Source of the DNA: Phyllosticta citribraziliensis
Taxonomy: Eukaryota
NCBI RefSeq assembly: GCF_038025025.1
Contig: NW_027117344.1
Location: forward strand, 62,001-126,000
Length of the DNA: 64,000 bases
Direction: 5' to 3'
Shown: piece by piece, positions 1-12,493 of the stretch
How positions within the stretch are numbered: position 1 is the first letter of the stretch
How the letters are laid out: each line of letters begins with the position of its first letter
Position numbers and translations under genes: made by a program
The notes under the pieces: generated by a model
Databases searched by the model: none
The model's input: only the letters and a program-made list of their open reading frames with translations
Told to the model about the DNA's origin: nothing

Positions 1-102
1 TTTGCTGGAGCGGAAAGATGTATGAGGAGACTGGCTACATGTCAGAAAGAAGCGACCCTCTAGAAATCTCTACTTGCTCTCAGACCAGATGCTCTACATG
101 CA

Positions 103-2094
103 TTACTGCTTCAGAAAAACTGGCATCGAGTCCATGTGACAATCAACGACAATCGTCTGGCCCCCGTCGAATCCAACCGAGTCTTGACCGTTGAACGTCT
201 TCCACTGGAAGCCGAGGGGCAAATAAACTGATCTGCTCTTGACACCCGCATGCAGCACCGGCGCCACAAGCAACTTGCTGCCAAACATGTACTGATCCTC
301 AATCTCCCACGCCGTCTCATCCTCGGGAAAGTCGTAGAACAGGGGCCTGATGATGGGAGTGCCCTTTTCGTGCGCCGCCTTCATCAAATGTCTCGTATAG
401 TCGCGCAGACTTTCCCGAATCTGGAGATACTTCTTGCAAATGGCGTACACCTCTTCGCCGTACGACCACACCTCGTTCGGAGCCCCGGAAAGCATCCATG
501 CGCCACCCGTGTCTCCCTGCCGAGGCTGCTTGGGCTCTCTGTCACCGTGCATGCGCATGACGGGACAAAACGTCGCCCACTGGAACCAGCGCACAAACAA
601 CTCGCGAAACGCCTCGTCGGTCGTGTCGCCGCCGTGGAAGCCGCCAATGTCAGTCGACCACCACGCGATGCCGGCCATGCCCATGTTGAGGCCGGCGGCC
701 AGCTGGCAGCGGAAGCTCTCCCAGCTGCACGCAATGTCGCCGCTCCAGACGAGGGCGCCGTACTTTTGGCTGCCGGCCCACGCGCAGCGCGCCAGATTGA
801 CGATGTCCGTCTGCCCGCTCGCACGCATGCCGTCGTGGAAGGCGCGGGCGTAGTCGCGCGGGTAAATGTTGCCGATCTGCAGGACGGGGCCTTTCCAGTA
901 GCGCCAGATGTCGAAGTCGTAGATGGTGTACTGCGGCTCGGCTTCGTCCAGCCAGAAGATCTTTATGCCCTTGTCCCAGTAGTTTTGCTTGACCTTGTCC
1001 CACAAATAGGCTCCGGCAGCCGGATTCGTAAAGTCGACGTATGGAGGCTGGCCATTGATTTCGTAGGCGGTGCGGAGGCCCTTGTCGGCGCGGATGATGT
1101 AGCCGCGCTCCAGCATCTCGGGGTAGTTCTCGCACGTCTTGTCGACGGTCGGCCAGATGGACACCATGAGCTCGACGTCGAGCTGCTTCAGCTCCTCGAC
1201 CATGGCGGCCGGGTCGGGCCAGTACGCCGGGTCAAACTTCCACTCGCCCTGTTTGGCCCAGTGGAAGAAGTCGACAACAATGACGTCGAGCGGCAGGTCA
1301 CGCCGGCGATGCTCGCGCGCGACCTCGAGCAGCTCCTCTTGCGATTGGTACCGCAGCTTGCATTGCCAAAACCCGAGGCCGTACTCGGGCATCATGGGCG
1401 GCGTGCCCGTAGCAGCGGCGTAGGCCTCGACGATTTCGGCCGGCGAGTCGCCCGCGACGATCCAGTAGTCCAGCGCCTTGGTGCTGAGGGCTTCAAACGA
1501 CATGATATTCTTTCCCAGCACGGCGCGCCCAAGGGACGGGTTGTTCCACAGCAGCCCATAGCCCAGGCTTGATACTGCAAAGGGCACGCTGGCTTGCGAG
1601 TTGCGCTGAGCCAACTCCAGGTCGAGCCCCTTCAGGTCCAGGAACGGCTGCTGGTACTGGCCCATGCCGTAGATCCTCTCATTGCGGTCTTGCGATTCGA
1701 GCCGGTACGTCAGGTGCCAGTCGGTCATGCCCAGGTGCGGCTTGAATTCCCGCGCCTCGACACTGAGGGCGCTGCATTTGGGATCCTGGAGGTCTTTGCG
1801 GTTGCGCTGGTACTCTTCGAGCAGGGTCTTGCCGGCAGCATTGGTGATGACTAGCTTGCCCCGCGAGCCGATGGATGCTTGAATCTTGTCGTTCAAAATG
1901 TGTGCTGACGTCTCGTTGATGCTGATGGCGGGAGCGGCTGCAATGGTCGGGACCTGGTCGAGAGCCCAGTCTTCGGTGGGCATTTGAGCCTGCTTTGTGG
2001 CGCGGATCCGGAGAGCGTTGGCGCCCCAGGGTTCAACCCAGAGCGTCTCGTCGTCGTACTGGTACACGAGCCTGGTTCCGTCGACGACGAACAT
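103..2094 (-). CDS. Glycoside hydrolase family 31 (alpha-glucosidase/alpha-xylosidase-like), intracellular, intronless
   Basis: 663-aa ORF with GH31 motifs GFWQCKLRY, FWLDEAEP (nucleophile region), WSGDI, WSTDIGGF, RMHG, DQYMFG; no signal peptide. Confidence 0.93.
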   Translation of the reverse strand: MFVVDGTRLVYQYDDETLWVEPWGANALRIRATKQAQMPTEDWALDQVPTIAAAPAISINETSAHILNDKIQASIGSRGKLVITNAAGKTLLEEYQRNRKDLQDPKCSALSVEAREFKPHLGMTDWHLTYRLESQDRNERIYGMGQYQQPFLDLKGLDLELAQRNSQASVPFAVSSLGYGLLWNNPSLGRAVLGKNIMSFEALSTKALDYWIVAGDSPAEIVEAYAAATGTPPMMPEYGLGFWQCKLRYQSQEELLEVAREHRRRDLPLDVIVVDFFHWAKQGEWKFDPAYWPDPAAMVEELKQLDVELMVSIWPTVDKTCENYPEMLERGYIIRADKGLRTAYEINGQPPYVDFTNPAAGAYLWDKVKQNYWDKGIKIFWLDEAEPQYTIYDFDIWRYWKGPVLQIGNIYPRDYARAFHDGMRASGQTDIVNLARCAWAGSQKYGALVWSGDIACSWESFRCQLAAGLNMGMAGIAWWSTDIGGFHGGDTTDEAFRELFVRWFQWATFCPVMRMHGDREPKQPRQGDTGGAWMLSGAPNEVWSYGEEVYAICKKYLQIRESLRDYTRHLMKAAHEKGTPIIRPLFYDFPEDETAWEIEDQYMFGSKLLVAPVLHAGVKSRSVYLPLGFQWKTFNGQDSVGFDGGQTIVVDCHMDSMPVFLKQ

Positions 2095-2755
2095 GTTGCG
2101 CTGACTGATGATCCTGACTGTTGTGAGTGTCGTCTTATTTGAACTGACTTATACAGAGCCTGCTATATTTTAAAAAACTGGTGAAGTCGTGATATTCGTC
2201 GAAACCGTATTCTCTGTTAAAACCGAGGTACAAACAATACTTGATTGTGCCGTCGCGAGAGACAACGGATCCAATCGACACCAGGGACCGCGAGGGGTCA
2301 ACGATAGTCTTCATCCGCAAACTTTGGGAGTGGGGAACTTGTGCGGCTTACCTTGGTCAATCTGAACTCTTTGGGTGGTGTTGATTTCAACAAGAAAACA
2401 ACGCGGCATTCAAACCAAAAGAGACGAGCCATACATATGCTTTATGAAAAGCACGCCTCTGCGTCAACCTTTGCAATTGGATGTGCGACCAGAGTCAAGG
2501 TAGGGTGCCCATGAGTGCTTCCAAAAGTACCGGGCCATCGACCCAATCAGTCGTTTCTGATACCCTGTTTCTTCATGGGTTTCCAGCGCTGCGGGGCCAA
2601 CCTTAAAGACTACAAGTCGTTGTCTTTAGCCGGATTACCCGGCCGTTTTGCCATCCTTTGAGGGAAAAGTCTAAATAGTCGACAGGAGAGCGTTGATGCG
2701 GTCGAAATGAGGATATCAGCTTGCTGCTCACTGGGCTTTTCGCACATCATCCACA

Positions 2756-4418
2756 ATGGACAAGACCAAAATCATCCACAATGTCGGCGAGGTCACTCGC
2801 GGAGGGGACCCTCGCTCCAAGAGGGAAATGCTGCTCAAGGCTCAGGAAGCCTCTCAATTGGAACACGCTCAAACTCTGTGGCAGGCCATCAAGAGCCATC
2901 GCAAGGCAGTCATTTGGTCAATGCTCGTCAGCACTGCAATCATCATGGAAAGCTATGACACTTCACTTGTCGGTGCGCTCTTCGCTCAGCCGGCCTTTTC
3001 CAAGCGGTATGGTCGGTACTTCAACCACAAGAAAGGATACCAGATCAGTGGCCCGTGGCAAATCGGCTTGGGCAATGCTACGACATGCGGGACCATCATT
3101 GGCGCATTCTGCAATGGCTATTTCACCGACCGATTCGGGTACCGGAAGGTCTTGCTGGCGAATTTGATCCTGATATGTGGATTCATCTTTCTTCCATTCT
3201 TCGCTCAGTCCATTGAAATGCTGCTCGTTGCCGAAATCCTTTGCGGTATTCCTTGGGGCGTATTTGCGACGCTGGCTCCGGCTTACGCGGCCGAGGTGTG
3301 TCCTCTCATTCTCAGAGGCTACCTCACCGTGTACGTCAACATGTGCTGGGGCATTGGACACTTGATCGCGTCGGGCGTGTTGTCGAGATACTCCAACAGC
3401 AAGTCCCAGTGGGCGTACAGGCAAGTTTCCCAAACCGTTTTCTCAGTGACGCTGACCGTGTAGGATTCCGTTCGCTCTCCAATGGGGCTGGCCTGTTCCT
3501 CTCTTCATAATTCTCTTCTTCGCACCAGAGTCTCCGTGGTGGCTTGTGCGACGAAACAAGGTCTCCGAAGCAGAGAAATCGCTCTCCCGGTTGTCGTATA
3601 ATCGCACACCCGACGAAATATCGTCCAATGTGGCACTCATGATCCACACGGAGATGATTGAGAAAGAAATCGAGTCTGGCAGCACGTACATTGACTGCTT
3701 CAGAGGCATCGACCTACGACGCACTGAGATTGTGTGCCTAACCTTTGCATGCCAGGCTTTCAGCGGTTCGGCTCTTGGAGGCAACCCGGCGTACTTTTTC
3801 AAGCAGGCTGGCCTTGGAACGAGCTTCAGCTTCAAACTCAGCATCGGAGGCCACGGCATGGCATGCGCCGGAACCATTCTCAGCTGGTTCATCATGAGCT
3901 ACCGGGGAAGACGCGAGATTTACGTCACGGGCCTCTTGTGCCTGGCATCAATCATGCTGACGGTCGGCTTCGTCGAGGTCGGCACCGAAAACAAGGCCGG
4001 GAAGTTTGGAATGGGTGGACTGGTCGTGGGATGGCTCTTTACCTACTACTTGAGTATCGGACCAATCTGCTACGCCATCATCAGCGAAACGTCGTCGGCA
4101 AGGTTGCGCACAAAGTCGGTTTGCCTGGCTCGGATCGCTTACTACATTGTAAGCATTGGCTGCGCGACCGCCGAGCCGTACATGGTCAATCCGACGGAAT
4201 TCAATCTGAAGGGCAAGACGGCGTTTGTTTGGGCGTCGACAGGTTTCTGCGCCGCAATTTGGGCATACTTTCGGCTGCCAGAGACGAGAGACCGGACGTA
4301 CGAGGAGTTGGACATCATGTTTGCTCGGAAACTGTCGGCCAGGAAGTTTGCCAAGTACGAGGTGGATGCGTACGAGTATGAGGTGGAAAAATTGACGAGA
4401 ATGCATGTAGAGGTGTAG
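2756..4418 (+). CDS. MFS sugar porter, maltose/alpha-glucoside permease-like; 2 exons, GC-AG intron 3421-3463
   Basis: Motifs IIMESYD, DRFGYRK, YAAEVCP..LRGYLT, PESPWWL, RRTEI, LPETRDRTYEELD; splicing 3421-3463 restores WAYRIPFALQW. Confidence 0.92.
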
Positions 4419-4603
4419 TTTGTAGCAAGGAACCTAGGTAGTGAATGTCAGGTTATCGGATGACGTTGTTCGGATGCACGTTCATCCTCCCGGCGCAGGA
4501 ACCGCGCGGCTGCTACCCGACTGGCGTCTGTCTGCGTCAACCCCAACTTCAATGACGGCGGCAGCTGGCGACAACCTGAACCCTTCAGCCTACCCACTGC
4601 AGC

Positions 4604-5850
4604 ATGCCGACTGGCACATATCCCAAAGTCCCCAGGTCCATCAATGTTCCTCCCAGCAACTCGCAACACTGGAACCCCCGCCCCCGCACCTTTCGCCGTA
4701 GCCGCATCCTCGCCTTCGTCGCCCTCCTCCTCCTGGTCCTCGTCTGGTACTCCCATGGCCCGACTGTCGAGGTGAAGAAGAAGAACAAGCTGCGCAATGG
4801 CTTGTCTCCTGATGGAGTCGATTGGTCTCGCTACGCCTACAGCCAGTACGCCACCAATGGCGCCTACCTCTGCAACTCCATCATGGCGTTTGACGCCCTC
4901 GAGAAGCTCGGAAGCAAGGCCGACCGAATACTCTTTTATCCAGACAATTGGGACTTGGAGGTGACGGCCAGCGATGATCGGGACAGCCAATTGTTGGTCA
5001 TGGCGCGGGACAACTATCGGGTCAAGCTCATCCCGATGCACATGCAGAGTCTCAAGGCCAAGGGTAAGGAGGAGGACGAGTGGGAAGAGACGTGGGACTT
5101 TTCCATCAACAAGTTCCTCGCCTGGAATCAGACGCAGTACGAGCGAGTCATCCATTTCGACTCCGACGTCACTCTCTTCCAGCACATGGACGACCTCTTC
5201 TTCCTTCCCGAGACGCCCGTCGCCATGCCGCGAGCCTACTGGGAGCTGCCCAAGACGAAGAAACTGACGTCAGTCTTGGTCGTCCTGAAGCCGTCAAACA
5301 CCGAATACGAAGCGCTTATGCACGCATCCTATACGTCCGAGGGCCAGGTGCACCGATTCGACATGGAGATCTTAAACGATCGATACCAAGACTCGGTCAT
5401 GGTCCTGCCGCATCGCGGCTCGATTCTCTTGACGGGCGAGCTGCGCAACGAAGATCACTCCAACTACCACGGCAACGACTACGACTATTGGGACGTTGAC
5501 GAAGCGCTCGCCGAAACGCGATTTGTCCACTTTTCCGACTGGCCGCTGCCCAAGCCCTGGATCATGTGGCCAAACAATTTGCTTCCAGAGGTCTTGCCGA
5601 AATGCAAAATCAAGCCAGGAACGCCCGATGAGGCCGGCTGCAGGGACCGAGAAGTCTGGAGGGCATTGTACGACGACTTTAGGACGAGGCGAAAGGTGAC
5701 TTTCTCACCAAATTTGAGATGTGCATAGTTGACGTAATTCAGGACATTTGTCGACTCCTCAGCGTCCCCGCGCCGCAATGGCCGCCGCCGCCAAAGATGA
5801 CCAAACCGAAGCCCAAGACGGACGACAAGAAGGACAAAAAAGGTCCTTGA
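4604..5850 (+). CDS. Glycosyltransferase family 8, Gnt1-like type II membrane protein; intron 5696-5742
   Basis: N-terminal TM helix, YAYSQYAT..YLCNS, DSD (DxD) motif, HFSDWPLPKPW; spliced last exon DICRLLSVPAPQWP ends at TGA 5848-5850. Confidence 0.85.
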
Positions 5851-7738
5851 GCTTTTCTTCCATCGCCGAAATGTGGAAACACATCGGCAAGCATTCTCCA
5901 GCCTCCATCGAACTTGAGAAGTGCAAAACAGGCCGTCATCGTCGCATATTCTAGAAGTAGGCCATTTCCTGCCGACATGGGCGACCGATCCTACCACTTG
6001 CATCAGCATCGACATGGTGCACCCATCCAACAGCACCTTTGCTTGATGGCGAGCGTCGGCGGCTCTCCCTTGTACCAAGATGAAGAAGCCGCCATCCGAT
6101 CTTTCACGACATGGAGTCATTGCAACTGAGCTTAACCTCATAGCCACCGTGCATTTATCTGCTGACGTTGAGAAAGGTACGCAGAGAGGAGAGACAAGCG
6201 TCCATTGCTGTGCATTTCAACATGGTTGAGACGGAGCTACGGAGTCATTCGAGAAGAGCGCATGAAAGTGACTGCATAGATATACGCACGTTTGTATATA
6301 CATGGATGGGAATAGGGACATGAACATATTGTTGTAGTATATCTCTCATAGCTGCTCCTCCTACGTATATTACAGCGCATGCAGTGGGCTTCTGCTACAT
6401 AAACAATAGAAAGCATCGCAGTGTGCACACCATCTTCTCCCTTTCGCTTTCCTGATCAACATATTCTTTCCTTTCTCTCCCGTTCATCCTCCTCCTTGCA
6501 CTTCCCCATCCACCAATGCCTCATCTAATGATTGACCCCTTGCGTTGCGTTGCGTCGCCTCGACACCTACCGCTTCGCCTCTTCTCACCCGTGACCGCGC
6601 ACGCGAGCACGTCTCCTTACCTCGCTACTCCATGTCCATCAAAATCAGCCATTGTTTATTTACGCAGCGCGTCTCCATTAGCGGGCAGGAGGCCTCACAA
6701 AGGCAGGCGGAGAGAAAGGGATAGAGGCGCGAGAGGAAAGGAAGGGGGTGGGTGAGGTTACTGCGCCTGCTGCTTTTCTACAAATACAGGTTAATTCGAC
6801 ACAGAGGATCAATTATCTTCATTGTGAACAATGAACAAATGTTTGTTTAGTTTGTATCTGGATTGGGTACGGTACCCGCCACCACTCGTGCTCCTGTGAC
6901 TGACCCCTCGATGCGCCGCGCCCCGCCACCACTGCGCTATACTGCGCCACCAACGCCAATGATAACAACAACAAAAACAGTAGATGGCCCAACGGAGAAT
7001 CAGACCAAAAACAAATAAATAAACGGAAGGATGGTAAATGGGCAGGTGGCAAGACAGAGCCCACAGCCCGGTGTGACGCTAGAACGCCACTTACCTATGC
7101 AAAGAGAGCGAGCAAAGGAGAGAGAAAGAGCGCACCCAAGGAGGAGTATTATGAGAAAAGCGGAAATAGATTGGTTTGAAAAGAGGATTTCCAGACGTCT
7201 GCACAAGGAGAGGTAGATAGATGGATAGATGGATGCGAAGGTTGTAGTAGTGTCGTTGAGCTAATGCACATGTCTTTCTGTCTGTATAACTCCTGCAAAA
7301 CATCGTTGTTGATGATGATGATGACGACGCTAGCTACGAAGCAGACGAGCAGACGACAAGGCGCAAGACGAAGCAAACTACGGCAATAGACAGCGCGCCA
7401 GATGCTCAATGCAACAACGTATGACAGACCAGCAAGCCAAGGCGAGATGCGATAAAGTGAGTTAGAAAGAATTGCGCGAGCAGCGACGATGTAGTCATTG
7501 TGAGACTGGAGAGAAAGAAGCAAGGCAAGGCAAAGCAACAAGACGATAACGACCAACAAAGGGAATTATGCAGTATGGATGTGAGTTTGTGGATTGATGC
7601 ATGGATGCAAGGTGATTGATCAAGGACGCCGAGCGCTCGCTATACAGGTACCAATGGGTGGGCCAGGGAGTCTAGTCGATGCCAATTAAGGATGGTGGTC
7701 GAATGTACAGACAGTCAGCTGGCTGGTAGGAGACGACA

Positions 7739-10309
7739 TCATGCCTTCAGCCTCCGCTCCTCGCACCGGACGCAAACCGGGTCTTTGGTCGCGCCACGGA
7801 GAAAGTAGCGGCCGTCGTCGAATGGGGCAGAGCACTCCTATACGAGGTCAGCGGATGTTGGTTGGATTCGAGAGAGAACATACCGTGCAGACGAAGCAGT
7901 CCGGATGCCACTCGGCGCCCAGAGCCTTGAGCACCGTGTCGGTGACGGGCTTGCGGCACTTTTTGCACTTGGTCGAGTAGCGATTGGTGTGGCAGTCGAC
8001 GCACCAAGCGTAGCCGTCCTTTTCGACAAACGGGGTCGACGAATCAAAAGGCTATTAACGTCAGCACAACTCTCACATCGAAAGGAAAAACTCACGTCTC
8101 CACATTGCGCGCAGAAAAAGTGCCCAACATGCCACTCGGCCCCGCACGCCACAACCACCTCGCCCTCAATTGGCGTCTTGCAGCTCTTGCACCGCGGGCT
8201 GAACATTTCGTGGTAGTCGAGATGACAGTAGAACCGCAGCCCCGCATCTCCATCCTCCTCCGCGCTCGGCCACTCGACGGGCACGTCGTAGCCATCCATC
8301 CGCGCCTCGATGCGCTCCACACGCTCGGCACGCTTGGCATCTGGCTCCGGGTAAAAGGCTACACATTCGAGCGCCTCGCCGCAGTGGTAGCAAAGGAAGC
8401 ATTGGGGGTGAAAGCGAGCGCCGGCCGCGCTGACAATGCGGCCAGCAATGGGCTGGGAGCACGCTTCGCAGAGGGCTGTCGTTCGCACGCTGGTTGGGGT
8501 GCGGTGGACTGGAGCGGTGTTGGCGTGGCGGGGGAGGGGGCGACCCTTGGCGGTGGCGGGGTTCGGCAGGGGGCGAGAACTCGAGGAGGCGTTGATGGTC
8601 GGAAGTGGCCGTTGGGCAGGTTTGTCGCTGGTGACGTTGACGACTTGGGTTGGAGAGTCGTCGGGGAGGTTAATGGTTGGGAGCGGCCGTCGGGCAGGCT
8701 GATCGTCGGTGACGTTGATTATTGGCGTCGAAGGAGAGTCGGAGACATTAATCGATGGAATGGGAGATTCGTCGGGAAAATTGATTACAGGAATAGTTTT
8801 GGAGAAGGGAACGTCAGGCATGTTGATCGTAGGCACCACTGGTGCAGAAATAGACTTGGTCGGGCTCGGAGGATAAGCCTTTGGCTCCACAGGCTCAGGA
8901 AGTTTTCCCTCTTTGAGTTCAATCTCTTTGGGCTTGTAGTCTTTTTGAAAGCTGACAATAGGCCTGCCCGGACTATCGCTGACCATGCTGGGAGTTGGAA
9001 GCTTGGAGCTGCGGTCCTTGAGCCTCATGCTGGTTGCTGCTCGAATGTCGTCTCCGCGAATTTCTTTGCCATCTTTTGGTTCCTCGACAGGCGCTTCATT
9101 TTCCGACTTGGGCGGAGGAGTCGCGGCAGGTGATTCTTCGTTGGACGTGTATCCCGCATTGCGCGACTGCGAGGGCGGGTTGCGATGGATCTCGAAGCGA
9201 TCCCACAGCTTCCGTTGATCACTCATTGGTGGATCGGTGTTGCTGCGTCCAAGATTGTCCCTGGCCCTAGAAAAGGGGTTTCTCCGGGTGTGGGTTGGAA
9301 GTTTCGACGGCTTTTCGTCCTTCGACGAAACCTCTTCTGGCTCCTCGTAAATCTTGTCGTTGGGATTCTTGAATAGGCTCCCACTCGTCTTTCTTCGCGA
9401 ACCACTGCTGGTGCGCCGTCTCGTCGGAGGCGGTATGTTGAAGGAGACGTGGCCCTTGGAAATCGACCCGTAGCTCTTCTTGGACTCTCGAGGCGGTTCG
9501 GGCTGGGGTTCTGGTTCTGGGATCTTCTGGCTCTTGACGGAAGACGACTTTGATCCGCCGCTACTTATCCTACTGTCACCGCTGGAATGATGCGATGCCG
9601 TGTCATAGCTCTGGGCTCGTGCGTGGCTGCCCTTGCGCAAGTGGGCCGTGTAGGGATATGGAACATTGGGGTTTTGGTGTTTCCAAACGAGCTCGGCAGC
9701 CTCGTCGCGAGCGTCGTCGTAGACCTGTTGCTCATCCATGTCCTCGAGGGCACGGCGCAGCGAGTGAGCCTCTTGGCGCTCCATCCAACGCATGCCGCTT
9801 TCCCTGTAAGATGCCTTTTCCGTTGTAGAGCGAGACGAGCGGACCGACATGGCGGACGACGCCCTCTCAATTGTGGCGGGATTGGGTTCGATGCACGAGT
9901 TGCGGGCGGCATCGTCCTTGGGGTCGCGGGCGAGCGGACGGCCCAAACTCGAGGCAGCGCGATGAAAGGGATTCCGACGAGTGGCAGAGTTGAGCGACAT
10001 GTCGCGATGTGAGAGGGCGCTCTGGCAGCGGGCGGGTTGCAAAGAGGACGAGCTGGGGACGGGGCTGGGGTTGGACTGGTCGCGCAGCGAGGTGGCTGGG
10101 AGAGGCCGCCGACCGACAGCGACAGCGACAGCGACAGGGACGGGGCGTGCAGGGCGGTTGGAGCGAATGTCGCGCAGATAGCTGCCTGCATGAAATCAGC
10201 AGACGAAATCGCAGTCGATCAAGATTCACTCACCGACCTGCTCCTTGGACATGTACGTCGGGCCCGGGATGGCGCTGCCCTTGTCTTTGGAGCGGGCGCG
10301 GTGCAGCAT
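7739..10309 (-). CDS. LIM-domain (paxillin-like) protein, Pro-rich N-terminus, C-terminal LIM zinc fingers; 4 exons
   Basis: Exon 1 MLHRARSKD...YMSKEQV spliced to GSYLRDIRSNRP; LIM motifs CEAC..FHPQCFLCYHC, CKSC..WHVGHFFCAQC; last exon ECSAPFDDGRYF..CVRCEERRLKA*. Confidence 0.85.
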
Positions 10310-11000
10310 GATGACGGCGAGCCTGAGCCTGAGCCTTGGCCGGAATGCTCAGTCTCAGTAATTATAGCGAGCGAATGGTAGGAATGCAAAGGAGAGGAGG
10401 ATGAAATGTATGTATGACTACGGGCGCCAAGATGAGAGGATGATGGTGTTGTGGTAGGGGTCGCTCGAGCAACGCCAACACAAGCTCGACGTGTCCGCCG
10501 GCCCGGCCCTTGACCTTGTCGCAGCCGCAGGGCTGACTATCACACTCATCGTCCAAGATGACTTGTTGCGTCCTTGCGTTTGCTCCACTGTTGCTGCTGT
10601 CAGGAGGCGGTGTCGTTTGTCAAATGCCGCTGCAAGGTACGGGGACCAGTCTGGCGTCGCTCAGACGAACCGTGGGACGCTGCCCCTGGATAGATAACAC
10701 ACATCCCTACCCCTAGGGCTCGACAGCGTTCCCCGGATTTGCCTCGACCACTTGCGTCACTGATCATCTCTTCCGTATTCGTTCCGACGACCGCCTTCGC
10801 TTGCGGACGACCAGTGGGGCCCATGCGATCTCCCCGCCGTCACGGTAAAGACGGCACTCCTCCCCACGCTCAAAATTGGCGGCCAAGTGCTGGACCCCGT
10901 CAGACTTGACATCCACCATCCGACAAGATGACTAAAGACTCCCACTCCTGGCTCGGCCAGCTCACCATGGCCTCCTCTTCGCAACGGCCCTCTGTCAGTC

Positions 11001-12493
11001 ATGGCCGCCCGTCAAGAAAAGCCTGCCGAGGCCACTATCGCTCCGTCTGAAGTCCCATCACTTCCTTCGAATCACTCCAACAATGCCGATCCGCCTGAAT
11101 CAGTTGTCGAGCCAGTTCAAGAACCACCCAATGGAGGCTACGGTTGGATCTGCTGCATAGCCACTTTCTGGATAAACGCACATACGTGGGGAATCAACAG
11201 CGTCAGTTTTCATCACTTTCGCCCAACACTGCTAACTCTCTTCAGAGTTATGGCATCTTCCTCGCCCACTACCTGAGGCAAAATACTTTTCCTGGGGCCA
11301 CGCGCCTCGCCTTTGCCCTCGTCGGCGGCCTATCCATCTCGCAGGCTTTGTTCGTCTCTCCCCTCGCCACCGCGACCACCCGGCGCTTTGGCACGCGCGT
11401 GACGCTTCTTGTTGGCGTCTTCTTCGAGACCTTGGCTCTGATTTGCGCCTCGTTTGCGAGTCAGATATGGCACCTATTCTTGACTCAAGGGGTGTGCTTT
11501 GGCTGGGGCATGGGATTTCTCTTCGTGGGCAGCGTCGGCGTCGTGCCGCAGTGGTTCACTACGCGACGCAGCTTCGCCAACGGCATTGCAGCATCGGGAT
11601 CAGGGGTGGGCGGGCTGACGTATTCGCTGGCGACCAACACCATGATTGAGCGCATCGGGCTGGGCTGGGCGTTTCGCGTCTTGGGCATCTGCGCGTTCTC
11701 GGTCAACACCGTCTGCGCGCTGGTCATCAAGGACCGCAACAAGCACATTGGCAGCTCGCAGCTGGCCTTTGACTACCGCCTGTTCAAGCGGCCCGAGTTT
11801 CTGCTGCTCCTGGCTTTTGGCTTTCTCAGCATGCTCGGCTACATTGTGCTCCTCTTCTCCCTCCCCAACTACGCCACGTCAATCGGTCTCTCCGCGCACC
11901 AGGGCTCCGTCGTCGGCGCCATGCTCAACCTGGGACAGGCGCTGGGCCGCTCGCCCATCGGATACTTTAGTGATGTTATTGGCCGTCTCAACATGGCTGC
12001 CAGTATGACGCTACTCGTCGCCGTCTTTTCGTTTGCCATTTGGATCCCGGCAAAGAGCTACGGCGTGCTACTTCTTTTCGCGCTTCTCTGTGGCACCGTC
12101 GCCGGTACGTATTGGGCCGTCGTCGCCCCCGTCACCACCGAAGCTGTCGGCCTGGCCACACTGCCTGCTGCCCTCTCCATCACCTGGCTTGTACTCGTCC
12201 TGCCCACCACCTTTTCCGAAGCCATCGCTCTACAAATCACCGCTTCCAACGGCGGCAATTACCTCGGCGCTCAGCTCTTTACCGCATTCATGTACCTCGG
12301 TGCAGCCGCCGTGATGTGGATGTTGCGCGCGTGGAAGATTGGTCAACTGGAACGAACTGCTACAGCCGGGGACAACCGGATCGAAGCGGTAGACCCTGTG
12401 ACTGAGCAGCCAAAAAGTCTGGAGAAGAATGGCAAAGTGCTGAAGCCTGGGCGGAGCTTCGTCGAGAGGTTGTATGCGCGAGCAAGAGTGTAG
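11001..12493 (+). CDS. MFS monocarboxylate-porter family transporter (Mch-like); intron 11202-11245
   Basis: PPNGGYGW, spliced TWGINS|SYGIFL, PQWFTTRRSFANGIAASGSG, multiple TM segments. Confidence 0.9.

Noticed and set aside
250..1572. Long antisense ORFs opposite real genes (also 22698-23708, 30208-31392, 58656-60212)
   Set aside because: Shadow ORFs caused by high GC3 codon bias of the true gene
5860..7730. Hidden gene or telomerase RNA in the long intergenic stretch
   Set aside because: Low-complexity, UTR-like sequence between convergent genes; I saw no TAACCCTAA-type template and no credible exon chain
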